33,956 bases of DNA from Octopus bimaculoides (Eukaryota): NCBI RefSeq assembly GCF_001194135.2, contig NC_068990.1, positions 50,574,353 through 50,608,308 of the forward strand, given 5' to 3'. The position numbers and the translations under genes are program-made. Under the pieces are notes generated by a model, which had not been told where the DNA came from, searched no databases, and saw nothing but the letters and a program-made list of their open reading frames with translations. Positions within the stretch are counted from its first letter, which is position 1. Every line of letters starts with the position of its first letter. Below, piece by piece: positions 1 through 11,519 of the stretch.

Positions 1-512
1 GGGCAGGAGTTAATCGAAGGGGAGGGAGAAGATATATATATATAGAGAGAGATGTACATAGTGAAATAAATATCGGGAGAGACACAGACAGATTAAAACA
101 GAGAGGGAGTGAAATTGAATGAGAAAGATTAAAAGAGAGAGAGAGGGTTATTCAAAGCACAAGGAGTTTTAGGGATTTCTATCGTTTGTACACAGTAAAT
201 ATATAGAATGGTGGCCAGCTACTTCTAAGACAAGTTTTAGCTTTAAAGTGACTGTGCGAGGAAATACAACTGAAAACATGGAAATAAGCAGATCAAAGGC
301 AAAAATGTAGTTCTTTTTTCTAAATGTGGAAAACTGATATAAGTAATGTGCTTTGTTTATAAAATCTGAAATGTCTATGGCAAGATAGAAATAAATTCAT
401 GTCTCAGAGTGATAAATATCATTTTTATCTTTTTCCATTTCTGTTTTATATTTTGTATAACTTGGGGTTCAACTATTAAACTTGAAATGTTAACACTTTT
501 TATCTTTTGCAG

Positions 513-636
513 CAGCGTCGCAAAAAAACCGAACTACCTAAACATTTACAAGGTTTAATGGGAGAAGCTAATCTGAAGTTTGCCCGTGGAGAGCACCAAG
601 AAGCTATTAATATGTGTCTTGAAGTTATTCGCCTTG
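513..636 (+). CDS. GTF3C3: Internal coding exon of general transcription factor 3C polypeptide 3 (TFIIIC102, TPR protein)
   Basis: Translates QRRKKTELPKHLQGLMGEANLKFARGEHQEAINMCLEVIRL, matching the recognisable GTF3C3 motif LxGLMGEANxxFARG. Pyrimidine tract plus TTTTGCAG acceptor ends at 512 (alternative CAG ends at 515). Donor is G|GTAACA at 637, phase 1. Confidence 0.9.
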
Positions 637-1829
637 GTAACAAATTTTATTTTTTTGTTTATTGTGAAGGAAATTTTGATATTTTTGTATATTTCATAAA
701 GAAAATTCCATGAATGCTTCCTTTCCAAACTACTCTTTACATCCTTTATACTCCAAATCGCATGGACTAACAATTGCTGAATGTTCTTAATAATGTATGT
801 TGGAATCCAGAACACAACTTTCAATGCCTGAGGGAAATCACTCACTGACATCACTTAGGAGATGTTCAAATATGAAGATGCTCTCCAGGATCAGCAAGAG
901 AAACATGAGAGCTATGTTTTTTTTTGGCTTATCGTATGTATACCATACAAATAAACTACAAAAGAATTGTAGTTCGAGTTCATGGTCCATGAACTGGATT
1001 TGAACTCAAAGCCTATGAATTGCTAGATTAATACCCTATACACTTGGTATTAACTCCATTGAGAGAAGAAAAATAGTTTTTGTGTTGGCACTATCTGTAG
1101 GCTCTCTACTTTGTCTTATGACAGAGAACCTATAACTTCTGCTGGGCTTCCCTTTTCTCACATTTTCATCAAATCTTTTATTTGTTAAAATTTTATAATG
1201 TAATTAGATGTTATTACATCTTAAAATATTGTCATAAAATATTTTTCTTTTCTTTATCCTGTGATATGGTATCTGGTAATGGTGTTTCCATGTCAATTAT
1301 GGTCTATTGATGTCACATTTGACACTTTTAAATTGATTCAGGAGACACTCACAAATAATCATTTCTTTATCCAATTAATGCTCCACTCAAACTTAGATTG
1401 GAAGTTTTCTGACTGACATCTGGTTTTGGTTTCAGTCATTGGACTGCAGTAAAAACTTCAAGAGCTAGTTCATCACATTGATCCCAGTATTTAATTTATC
1501 AGTCTTTATTCATTGAACTGTTATGTTGTAGGATATAAAGGGACACAACACACATTGTTTTTTAGACCAGTGTAAACAAACAGAAATGGACATGGAGAAA
1601 AAGAAACAACTGCATATACACTCACTGTCTCTCTTTCACACACACACACGCACTACTACAACTCTCTGTGTAGTTTCCATCTACAAAATATATATGTACA
1701 ACATCATCATCATCATTTTACATCTTTTTATATTAGCATGGATAGGATAGATTCATCACTGTGTTAGTCATTTCTTAAAATGGTAGATGGAGAACAACAG
1801 TATAATGAAACCATACATAGGTAAAAAAT

Positions 1830-2215
1830 AGAGAGATGAAGGGAAGTGTGAGGGAAAGAGGAAATGCAAAGTGACTGAAGTAAGAGGTACATAGGGTTGG
1901 CTATAGTAACTTTAAAAAAATTATGCTGATGGCAGATATTAGTGGATGTTCAAGAAAAAAGTATTCAGTAGAACATATAGTAAGAAGGGATAATATTGGG
2001 TGTGTGGAATGAGCAGCAAGGGACGTGGTTCTATGAAGAGGGATTCCTGCTAGTATAGAAAGGGAAGAAGGAATAAATGCACTTCTGCTCTCATATAATT
2101 ACAGCTGAGAAAAAGTGCCATAGAAAGATGGAGGGCTGAATGTTACAAAGATGAATTACTAGAAAGGCTTGACAGGTATAGATTGAGTGCAATATACTTT
2201 TAGGATCTCATCTTT
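1830..2215 (-). mobile_element. Decayed CR1/Jockey-type LINE 3' end
   Basis: Minus-strand translation fragments (…QPSIFLWHFF…AAHSTHPILSL…EYFFLNIH*YLPSA*FFKVTIAN) loosely follow the C-terminal ASLSLFYRYF…HP…FFxRT…LP…FK pattern of this group. Heavily degraded. Confidence 0.45.
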
Positions 2216-2559
2216 ACTGACAGGGATGGGTCCTTATGAGCATGGTTAATTGCCAGTTATTTCAATATTTTATCAGCTCCTTTGTGAGGTTCAACAACCT
2301 GAGGTCAGATTTCATTACTTCATCCCCCCATCAGATTTTTGAAGCTCTAACAAAGCTATAAGGTGATACACAAGCACTCACTATGAGTGCATTGTATCTT
2401 ATAGTAAGCTAATGAAATTCATTACATAATTTCTTGCTCCCTTTTCATTTATTTAGTTTCTTGTAATACACTGTAATTAATCAACCCCTTTTTCTGAAAC
2501 ATATACATTGAGTTTTAACACCAGGTTATTAGCATTGCTATGTCTAAGTAACACACACA

Positions 2560-2810
2560 CACACATGCACACGTGTTTTTCCATGCTGGCATGGGTTAGT
2601 TGGTTTGATAGAAGCTGTCCAGCTGAAGAGCTGCTCAGGTTCCACATCTGTTTTGGCATGGTTTCAATGGCTTGATGCCCTTTTAGACACCAGCTACTTT
2701 ACAGAATGTACTGGGTGCTTTTATGCAGCACTGACATGGGTGCTTTTATGTGGCATCAGCATGGATGCTCTTTATATGGCACTGGCACCCATGACCCTGC
2801 AAGATTAGGA
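2560..2810 (-). mobile_element. Old copy of the RTE 3' UTR/tail repeat
   Basis: TTTTCCATGCTGGCATGGGTT, TTGGCATGGTTTC…GCTTGATGCCCTT and GGGTGCTTTTATG resemble the young copies at 21644 and 32191. Confidence 0.65.
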
Positions 2811-2959
2811 ACACTCAGCTTAAGAGGGATGTGGAGGACATGCCTGTATGCAAGGACAACCAGATATTTACTTAGCTTGATGTGTCTTCTCAAACATAGT
2901 GGACTGCCAGAAGTCTCAATCCACTGTCATGCCCTGTATGAGGCCCAATATCTGATTAG

Positions 2960-3545
2960 AGTAAAGAATTTAGGCATTTGAGCACAAGTGCTTTAGAAGG
3001 CTATTACACATCCTATACACAGAGCACAAAATGAATGGCTTTGTATTGAGTGTGAGTGTATATAGAATGGTCTCGGAGCCAAAAGTGAGAGTCATATAAA
3101 AACGAGTGTACCCAAACACCCTTAAGGATGCTACTGCTGGAAACTAAGGTATTATCTCTACCCAAACAATCCTTCTGTATGAGTGTAAGAGCTGGACTCT
3201 TACAGCTGACATGGAGCAAAGAATTCAGGCATTTGAGTACAAGTGCTTCAAAAGGCTATTAAACATCCTGTACACAGAGCACAAAATGAACAGCTTTGTC
3301 TGGCAGAAAGTTAACAGATACACTGGTAGACAAGAACCATCCTTTGCACTGGTAAAAAGACAAAAGCTCTAAACCATTCTTCAGGGCACAGTTGAAAGAG
3401 GGTAAAAGAGAGGTAGACAGAGGAAATCCTGGTTTGACAACATCAAGGACTGGACAGGTCACAAAACAGTGAACCTACTATGCATGACAGCGAACAGAGA
3501 CTAGTGGCAATGGCTGACTATGAAAGCGTCTTGAATGGCACCCTA
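2960..3545 (+). mobile_element. RTE-type LINE ORF2 C-terminal fragment with a duplicated segment
   Basis: Reads YECKSWTLTADMEQRIQAFEYKCFKRLLNILYTEHKMN…TILQGTVERG*KRGRQRKSWFDNIKDWTG. The RIQAFE…YTEHK block occurs twice (about 2964-3045 and 3219-3300). Confidence 0.8.
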
Positions 3546-4679
3546 ATGACTGGCTGCATCACTTAAGGAATCTTGCTGATGATGGTTCAATATATATTCA
3601 CTGAAAGTTCAACAACATATTTAGAGAGAATATTTTACCACAGTCATATGTGATATGAACTTTGCTAAAGACACCTAAGAATATGAAGGTAATATTGAAT
3701 TTGGGCCTGCACTCAACACTCAACTCAGTAAAAAATACATCAGTTTCCAACTATTGATTATGTTGCAGACAAATAGAATATGTATATGTAATTAAGTGCA
3801 TATTTTCAGTCATTATCATTTGTGGTTATTTATTTGGCTCATGTCATTGTTAAATTTACTTATTAGTTAGTGTCACATACATTATATTTAGTTTCTGTTA
3901 TTCCCATTTGCATTGTCTATGTTGAAAATATTCTATTGTGATGCAATACATTCTATTGTGATCCATACATTTTCTACCATTCTTAAGCTGTTTTTTTATT
4001 TTTGATTTGAGCTTCAAAACATTTCTTGTTTCTGATCATTTAGGATAATATTTTTTATTCATTGTTGACCCTACCATCATTGCATGGCTACTATATACTT
4101 CAGTTTTTAATTCTTTCATGTCTTGCATGTGTTTAACTTGTGTACCCATGCCACACTATGTCACTCATAAACATTTCCTTGCTGATATATTGAGTATAGA
4201 TTTGAGTTATTTTCTCAACCCCTTACAATTAGGCTGTTATAAGAAAATTTTATTTTATTTCTCATCATCATCACCAGGTAGGTAGGTAGAACAATACAAG
4301 TTCAAACATTCAATTTTGTCTTTTTCTGAACATCATTGGGGATGAAATTATGAAAGGATAAATGTATATTTTAAAAACCATCATTCATAGTATGTTTTAA
4401 AAACTGTTGCATGAGTGTTGCATCAATGTCTTTTTGTTAAAAAAATACTTCTTTCTTTCACTCCAACCTTTTTATGTACCGTCTTATGTTGTCTTCTTAG
4501 AGAAACTTGAACTATATCTGTGGTGATACAATCTTTGATTTCCTTGAGTTATGTTCTTTTACTGACATATTCATAAAGAATTCAAAAGCATAGTATAACT
4601 GTTGCTGATTTTTTTTTTTTAAGCAGTTATAAATTGCTTTGTTTATGTTTTGAAAATATGTCTTCTGCTGCATTACTTT

Positions 4680-5180
4680 GACAACCTAATGGGTTGTAAG
4701 TTCAAATCCAGAATTTTTGCTGACCTATCTGACTTGCTAAGTGCTTGTCAAATTCGTACTACAGCTTGCCGTCCCAAGTCTAACAGAGTGATAGAATGAT
4801 TTTATTGAGAGCTGAAAGTAGCATTACTAGCACATTCCAATATGTTAGTGTTACTATGTTTACATAATGCTGTTAAAGAAGACCTAGGTTACTCCCAGGC
4901 AGAATTACTGTATGGTTCAACACTTAAACTGTCTGGTCAAATGATATTTGCTATAGCTACTCAACAACATGATCTTAGCAGTGAAATTACTGTCAGTGTT
5001 GATTGACTTAAGCAGGCTTTCATCGAGTCTATTCACCTACTACAATACAACCCCTTCCTCGTCTGCCACACTCAAACAATCCACTCATAAACATAATGGA
5101 TGATCTAATAACAGGGCATTTTATACTGACAGGGTAACCAAGAGTGGAGGAAGAATACATTGGACAGATAGGTACACTCA
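4680..5180 (+). mobile_element. Decayed Ty3/Gypsy integrase fragment
   Basis: Reads KFKSRIFADLSDLLSACQIRTTACRPKSNRVIE*FY*ELKVAL…AVKEDLGYSQAELLYGSTLKLSG, then C-terminal VTKSGGRIHWTDRY. This parallels IRTTAYHPQSNGxVERFHRQLK…KEDLxxSxAELVYG and TRSGR. Confidence 0.8.
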
Positions 5181-5369
5181 CTCATATTTTATTAACGCAT
5201 AAACAAAAAAATGTTTCCTTTTTATAGTTTCCAAGAAAAGAAAACAGAACTGCGGAACTTTGCATTTTCTATGAACTTTTCATTGTTGCATGTACATTGT
5301 TTTCAGCAGTTTTTCATATAGATAGGTAGATAGATAGACAAAAAGACAGATAAATAAATAAATAGGCAG

Positions 5370-6250
5370 GCAGAGGACCAATTTCTCAGTCATCACAACA
5401 TTAATTCTCTTCTTTGCCTTGCAGTACTCAGCAGTGAATCCATTCAGTACATGCTGGAGATCACTTTCTGATGAGCCAAGTAGTACCATGTTATTTGCAA
5501 ATATCAACCAACTGATTCTGCACCTATCAGTTCTGAAACCACTTCTACAACAGCTGCACATGTCAGTCTAGTTCATAAAAATTATGAAAAGAAGAGGTGA
5601 CAATACACACCTTACTGAAGTCCAACACTCATGTTGAAAGGTTTCAGCTTAGCACTATTTACCCAAACACAGAAATCTGGTGTACTGCCTGCACAACAGA
5701 GGGGACTTGTTTTCTATCCATACTTTGTAGGCTTCCTTCTTTACTTGAATGGCATTTTTAACTTACTGATTAAATCAGGCAGTTCTTTTCCCCACTGGTG
5801 CCACCCTTAGCTTTTGAACAAAACAATCTCCACTCCATTTCAACATCTTCAGTCTGTTCAAGGTCTCTGAATTTGGATGCAAGAGTATCTGCATATTTCT
5901 TTCTTATCCAATCATCCATTAGGTTTCCTAGTTTATGCTGTAAATCACACTGGACTTACCAGTTTTGCAAGTTCTCCCAGCTGTAGATAGTCTCAGGTTG
6001 CACCTTCTCTTTACACCAAAAGTCCCGCTTAGAATCAGAGCTCAGGGATGATAACAACTTTTATTGGTGATCCCAGGCCTAAAGTATACCTATACTAGGT
6101 ATACTTATGGATATCTCTGTTTGGAAAGAATGTGTTCTTTATGGAGAGCCTATTTCCAGCACAAATGTCTTGTAAGGCCTCTCTACTTGCCTCTTAACTA
6201 TGTCTAAAGCTGCAGAGACCTCATCAATGAAGGATTTATATGTGACCTAC
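5370..6250 (-). mobile_element. Decayed APE-type LINE (endonuclease end, linker and RT fragments)
   Basis: Reads CAGNRLSIKNTFFPNRDIHKYT* (endonuclease), KRTA*FNQ*VKNAIQVKKEAYKVW (linker) and ISWLIFANNMVLLGSSESDLQHVL (degenerate FADD region). There are internal deletions between these blocks. Confidence 0.75.
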
Positions 6251-6826
6251 TCCATAGATACGTATGCGGTACTAAAATATGTAGTGCATTTTGTAATGTA
6301 GAAGATTGTTCAAAGCTGAAATATATTTTTCTTTGTAAAGAAACTTAGGTCATCAGTGGTTTGTGGTGTACTCACATTTGTAGAGAATGTAAATATGTTA
6401 ACATTATGTTCACAAGTAAGGAGGATACAGGGTTGTAGGTGTGTTTTCTGGATTTGTATAGTGACTGACTTTGTCATTGATTTTAAAACCTATGTGAACA
6501 GAAGTTATACTTGGTGGGAGGTGCTTAGGTTGTATGAAAAGAATGTCTTATGTGCAGTAGATTAAGGGGAAGTGAAGAATGGTGTTGTTTTCATCTGTCA
6601 GTATGAAATCTGATTTTCAATTATAATCCCTTTTATAAACTCTGGTTTATTTTCACTTGTCTTTTAAATCTATCTTTTGATTTAAGTATGTTGAAATTAA
6701 CTAATTTAATTCCTGTTTTTGAACTCTTGTGTATCTTATATATTGCTATTTTTATCTGATAAAATAATGAGATTTAGCATTTAATTTGTCATTTAATCTA
6801 TACTACTGATTTTTCTTTTTTTTCAG

Positions 6827-6903
6827 CCCCACAAGCTATTGTTCCTTTCCAAACTCTTGGCATGCTTTATGAAGAAATGGGTGATTTGGAGAAATCTCTA
6901 CAA
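6827..6903 (+). CDS. GTF3C3: Next internal coding exon of GTF3C3 (TPR repeat)
   Basis: Spliced translation (A)PQAIVPFQTLGMLYEEMGDLEKSLQ matches the GTF3C3 segment APxxxEPFxTLxMIYExxGDxEKSLQ. Donor CAA|GTAAAT at 6904, phase 0. Confidence 0.9.
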
Positions 6904-7200
6904 GTAAATTGGTTTTAATTATTTCCAACTGATCTCTATTCTCAGTAAGAGAATAGATAAGTTTTAATCTTTTTGTTATGCCTAATAATAAAAGACTAAT
7001 TTTCTTAAAACCAGGTCCTAACCATACTCTGGTATTTTTCCAACTGCTGTCCAGCTCTCAAATCTAACACTTTAAACTAATATTTAAGTAGCTCTCTTGT
7101 GTGTGATACTGTTGAAGTAATAAGATGCATTATAGATATGGAAGAGGGTATATGAGCTGTGCGCACGCGCACACGTGTATATTATTGGTTGGCTAAAACA

Positions 7201-7260
7201 CTGTTGATGACTACTGGCAGTTTCTCTGCATAAAATCATGTACTTCATCAGACCACCATT
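7201..7260 (-). ncRNA. Decayed type I hammerhead ribozyme relic
   Basis: Minus strand reads TGGTGGT-CTGATGA-AGTACATGATTTTATGCAGA-GAAA-CTG CCAG TAG-TC-ATCAACA. Core boxes and the GUC site are present. Stem I pairs 6/7 (one G.U) and stem III pairs. Stem II is broken at its base. Confidence 0.6.
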
Positions 7261-7274
7261 CTAGAATAAAATTC

Positions 7275-7970
7275 TAAGCAAAAATATGAATGGATCATTT
7301 TGTTAATTAATAACTACTGTATACAATCCCACACTTACTTCTTTCCTCCAACTTGCTCAGGTGTAATAATGTTGGTGGTGGCACAATGATCCTGCAAGAA
7401 CAAACTGAGGCACTGGGTGCATAATTTTTACTGCTCAATAGCCTACCAGAACAAGGTGGCTAAGATGTTTTGTGGGATGTGGAGAGTGGTGATAGTTGAT
7501 AACCATTGGGGTAGTTTTTGTGTACCCTTGATACTTTCTCCATTCAATCATATGAAATCTAACCAATAAAAGGTGAAATTCTTCAGTCAGTAGCCTGTCA
7601 TGAGGTCTGGGTCTGAGGATTTCCTGTTCTGTTTGACATTTTCTGCAGAACTGTTTCCTCTATTTTGCTCTCTCATATTACTTTTACTAGACATGCTGGC
7701 AGTAGTCTTGCTCCAGTTTTTTTAACCATACAGCTTGTTTGTTAAATTCAAAATTTGTTTCCAATACAGATCTACAATAGCTTTCAAGTAGATCTTATGT
7801 GTGGTGTCTTTTACAGAGATTGAGCCTTTCGCATTGAAACTGTGATAGACTGACTTGGGATCTCTGGCAAACACTTTATTGGATATTTGTTGTTTATGTG
7901 CTGTAAATTTATGTTTTAGTTCTTCAGCTGTAGCTATGAGTTGTTTCTTTAGCTGGAGCAGTTTTTGAAT
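7275..7970 (-). mobile_element. Decayed R4/Dong-like (restriction-like endonuclease clade) non-LTR RT N-terminal fragment
   Basis: Reads NKVFARDPKSVY…YWKQI…FNKQAVWLKKLEQDY, NRKSSDPDLMTGY*LKNFT, LPQWLSTITTLHIPQ and NIITPEQVGGKK…DCIQ*LLINKMI. These follow the NWKSPGPD…W, PxWLTxG…PK and EQxG…QLLINK motifs. Confidence 0.7.
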
Positions 7971-8559
7971 CCTGTATCACCAAATCACCTCCCTAGTTTT
8001 TTTCTGTCTGTCTGCTTGTCTATCTATCTCTATGTAAGTACACACAGAATGAGAGTTGGGAGAGAGATGATCAAACAATTATAAGTGTATGAATATTATG
8101 AGTTGTTACATAATTTTACACAGTATGATTAAATCTTTACAGCTGTTTTGATGGATCCTGTGAGTTGTGGATATTATTATGCAATTAGGTGCCATCATTG
8201 TAAAATATTTGTACTTAAAAAGGACGAAAGGAAATATCACTAAACATGAACCATAATATATAAGTCCTAACATACAACATGCACAGTACATCATTCTTAG
8301 AAGGGTGGCTGAATGTGATGAGAGGAATAATTGCCCAGAATAAATAGTGACATCAAGTGGAGCATGTATAAAGAAAGGAAATAAAAAGAAGTGAGGGAAA
8401 AGATAAAGAAGTTATTTTAAAGCATAAAAGAAATAAAGAGTATGTGATTGTGAAAAGTGTTTCAGCTAGGAAGAAAGGTATAAAGTATAAGAAGGAAAGA
8501 AGAAGTAGATTACAAAATAAGGAAGCAGATAATGAAAGAATGAACTTTGAAGGCAAAGG

Positions 8560-9113
8560 AGTTGTTGGATCATTGCAAAGTTTGCTGTATTCTTTCAAAT
8601 AATTGTTGACAATAAAGTACACACCTTCAATTTCAATAGTCCCTTGACTTTTATATATTTCATATATAAGATGCTACTTCTCTACAACTGCTTTTTTCTG
8701 GAGAGATTTTAGGTGGTACTTCCTCAAAGCTTTTGTTCAGTTCTTCAACAACAACAACATTAATCTGCTTTTATGTAAATTGACACTTCATATACTTTGG
8801 AATAGATTCAAACTGTGACACAATGAAGAACTCAATGTACTTGACTTCCTTCTCCAATGGGCTCTTGGTTTTTGTAATTTTGTGGGGAACATCTATTAAT
8901 ATGATTGCCTCCTTGTCTGTGTTCTTGTTTTTTATGCTACTGATGGAATTTGTTTCATAAACACTGGCAAATCCAAGATTCTTTTTATTTGTGATCATAC
9001 TATAGTTCAGATGATTTGGAAATTTCTCTTTCATATGTATGGCAGCTTCAATTGTTTCCTTCAAATCCACCTTTAAAACATGCATTTTCCAGTCTTCTCT
9101 GAAATCTCTAAGA
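8560..9113 (-). pseudogene. Unidentified AT-rich coding-like relic, in frame with the truncated Gypsy integrase
   Basis: About 114 open codons (LRDFREDWKMHVLKVDLKETIEAAI…KKNLGFASVYETN…KCQFT*), with protein-like reading continuing after stops and frameshifts (…GVYFIVNNYLKEYSKLCNDPTTPLPSKF). No family recognised. Confidence 0.35.
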
Positions 9114-11519
9114 CATTCATATCTAAATACTGCCCTGTGTGGCACAGATTCTTCAGCTTGTCCGGATTGGGGACACAGGTTATACCAGAAAACTGCTTCC
9201 AGTGGCGAAATGTCCTCTCTTTCCGCTATGGCCTTGACTATTCGATGGTGCCTCTCTATGATTCCATTACCACTTGGCCTATACGCTGCTCTGAACAAGC
9301 GACACACTTTCCATCAGTCGAGCATATCCCTCAACGCTTCTGAACGAAACGCCGCCCTGTTGTCCATTAGCAGTTCTTCCACGGGACCCCTCTCTAAAAA
9401 TATCCCATTCAAAATATGCGCAATCTTGTCAGCAATGCCCTTGCTCAACTCCCTCCAAATGGCTATCCAGCCTGGCTCGCAGTCGACCGTGGAGAGATGC
9501 ATTCCCTGATGGTAGTGCGTCACATCCACAGCTAGTCTCTTCCAGTTGTGCTCCACCGAAAGGTTTCCTTGCTCATGCCCACACAATGTCAATGGTCAAT
9601 GGCCTGACACCTGTCACAGCTCCCGACCACTTTCTGGATGCTTCTCCTAGTGACGTCAGCATCAATCATCTTCGCGAGATACAGGGTCCTGTTCACACCC
9701 AAGTGATGCATAGCATGTAGTCTCTTCAGTTCGGAGTCATGCAACTGATACGCCGCAGCTATCCCTTTCTTTGCCTCCTCCGGCTCCTGCAACCACACCC
9801 TTTTCACCCTGGTCAGTGCGTCTGCCCTGTTTCTCTCCAAAGGCACACAAACCACATTCAGCTTCAGTCCGAACTCAGCAATCAATTCTCCTAGAACTCC
9901 TAGACGGCGCTTCACCAACATCTCCGTGGGACCTTTCATCCGAACTCTCCTCTCACTGGTGATCACCAATCCTACCCAGCCAAGCACAGTGGCCGAATTT
10001 GTCCAGATTTCGATTGAGCGCAGCCCCCATTTCAGGGCCAAGTTCACCCCCTTCAGCACCATGTCTAATTTGGTGACATCGATGTAGTTAAAGTCGTCTG
10101 CTTTCCAAAGCCAGGCCACGTCCACCACCTCAGCGCCTTCAATCTCCAACACAACTCCTATCGCTATACTACTAGCATCACACCAAACGGTCCCGCATTC
10201 CGTCTTGGGCATATACCAGTTTCCCCTGACTGGGTATTCCACTCTTGTCCTCTCTAGGATTTCCCGCATCATCATCACCGTTCCCTCTCCCACCTTGTTG
10301 CCCCAACTCTCCCCCTCCGCTCATCTCTTGGTGTAACTGCATGCTGTGCACAGCCATCCAGTGATCGGGTAGTGACTGACCAACTTCCAACACACCGAGA
10401 ACAGCTCTCTCCTGCTGATGCTGGAACTCAGCTCTGGGATTTCATTTCCTCTCCAGAACACCAACTCACCTGATCTATCTCTTTGTAGCTTCAGCCCCAG
10501 TGCAGCTCCCATCGCCATCAACTCCGGTGGCTTTGCAATCAACCCGAACTTCTCCAGATGTCTCACTACCTCATTGGCTGGTACTACAGTCTCGTCCACC
10601 AAACTCGTCTATATAGGAACTGGTAGCCTTTCTTATCTTGTCCTCTTTCCCTAGGACGAACTTAAGCACCGTTGCCATGATCTCCGGAGCGGAGATCAGT
10701 CCGAAACCCAGCCTGGTTAAATAGTACGTCCAGCCCTTCTTCCACACCAACTGATATCGCCACAGTTTGTCACTCACATGGAGCTGCAAGTACGCCGGCT
10801 TCAAGTCGACAATTGTCGCTGCCTTGGTTGACTGTCCCCCCCACAGGTCACATCTCGCTGCGAACGTCCATCGCCTCGCTTCCCATGTGACACGATATAT
10901 GCTCGTTCAGCTCTCTAAAGTCCAGCACCGGTCTGACTTTTCCTTTTGTCAGCTGCACCACTGCCATCAGAGGTAGCACTCCGCTCACCACCTCCTTCGA
11001 TCCATCTCTCTACCTTGTCTTCAAACTCGACCCTGGCGTGACCTTTCAGGGTACGCTGGTAGCAGCTCACCCTGTTCTTCAGCATCGGGGTCTCATCTTT
11101 CCATCGCCACTCTATTGAACGACGCCTGAAAATCCTTGTCCACAATGGTGTAAGTAGTGCAGTCCCTCGTGAAGCTCTGCTCGCTCTGGTGATCCTGACA
11201 ACAGTGCACACCCCCTCGCTTATGAACATGTTCTCATCTCCTGCAATACTGACACCACCGAGGCGGTTGATGGCGTCCATCCCCATCCCCATCACCACAT
11301 CAACCCCGTCTATCACGTGTTCGACCACAATTACCTGCAGTCTTAGCATCGCGCCTTGCACCGCTATCTCTACATCGCTGCTGCCCTTGCATCGGATTTC
11401 GCTGCCATCAACCGCCCGGACGCTACTTGCTCCATTCTATTTCTTTATCACCCTTGAAGTTACAAGGGTGGTCGTGCAACCCGTATCCACGAGGGCCTTG
11501 AACGTCTCTTCTCCTTGGC
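9114..11519 (-). mobile_element. Ty3/Gypsy LTR retrotransposon pol (PR-RT-RNaseH-IN), frameshifted and 3'-truncated
   Basis: Protease ALVDTGC (~11480-11500). RT motifs VDLKPAYLQLHV…LTRLGFGL and YID. RNase H WCDASSIAIG…N(R)ADALTR. Integrase HAMHHLG…C..C, WKRLAVDVTHY, LLMDNRAAF and RPSGNGIIERHH. Domain order is Gypsy-type. Much more GC-rich than the flanks. Confidence 0.92.

Larger units (their letters stand above)
637..6826 (+). other. GTF3C3: GT-AG intron (6190 bp) of the GTF3C3-like gene
   Basis: GT at 637. CTGAT branch-point-like motif at 6806-6810, followed by a T-rich tract and CAG ending at 6826. Joining the exons keeps the frame (G+CC = Ala). Confidence 0.85.

Noticed and set aside
700-1020. 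ORFs 797-1003 and 555-854, and protein-like reading (GIQNTTFNA*…EMFKYEDALQ)
   Set aside because: No recognisable family and no convincing splice sites. Possibly an old TE relic.
6320-6360. CTGATGA followed by a TTTCTTT/AAAGAAA hairpin on the minus strand
   Set aside because: No GAAA-stem III-NUH-stem I follows in the right register.
8353-8560. Hydrophobic, transmembrane-like ORF (LLLLSFLYFIPFF…)
   Set aside because: The + strand is a purine-rich low-complexity tract. Its complement yields Phe/Leu/Ser by composition alone.
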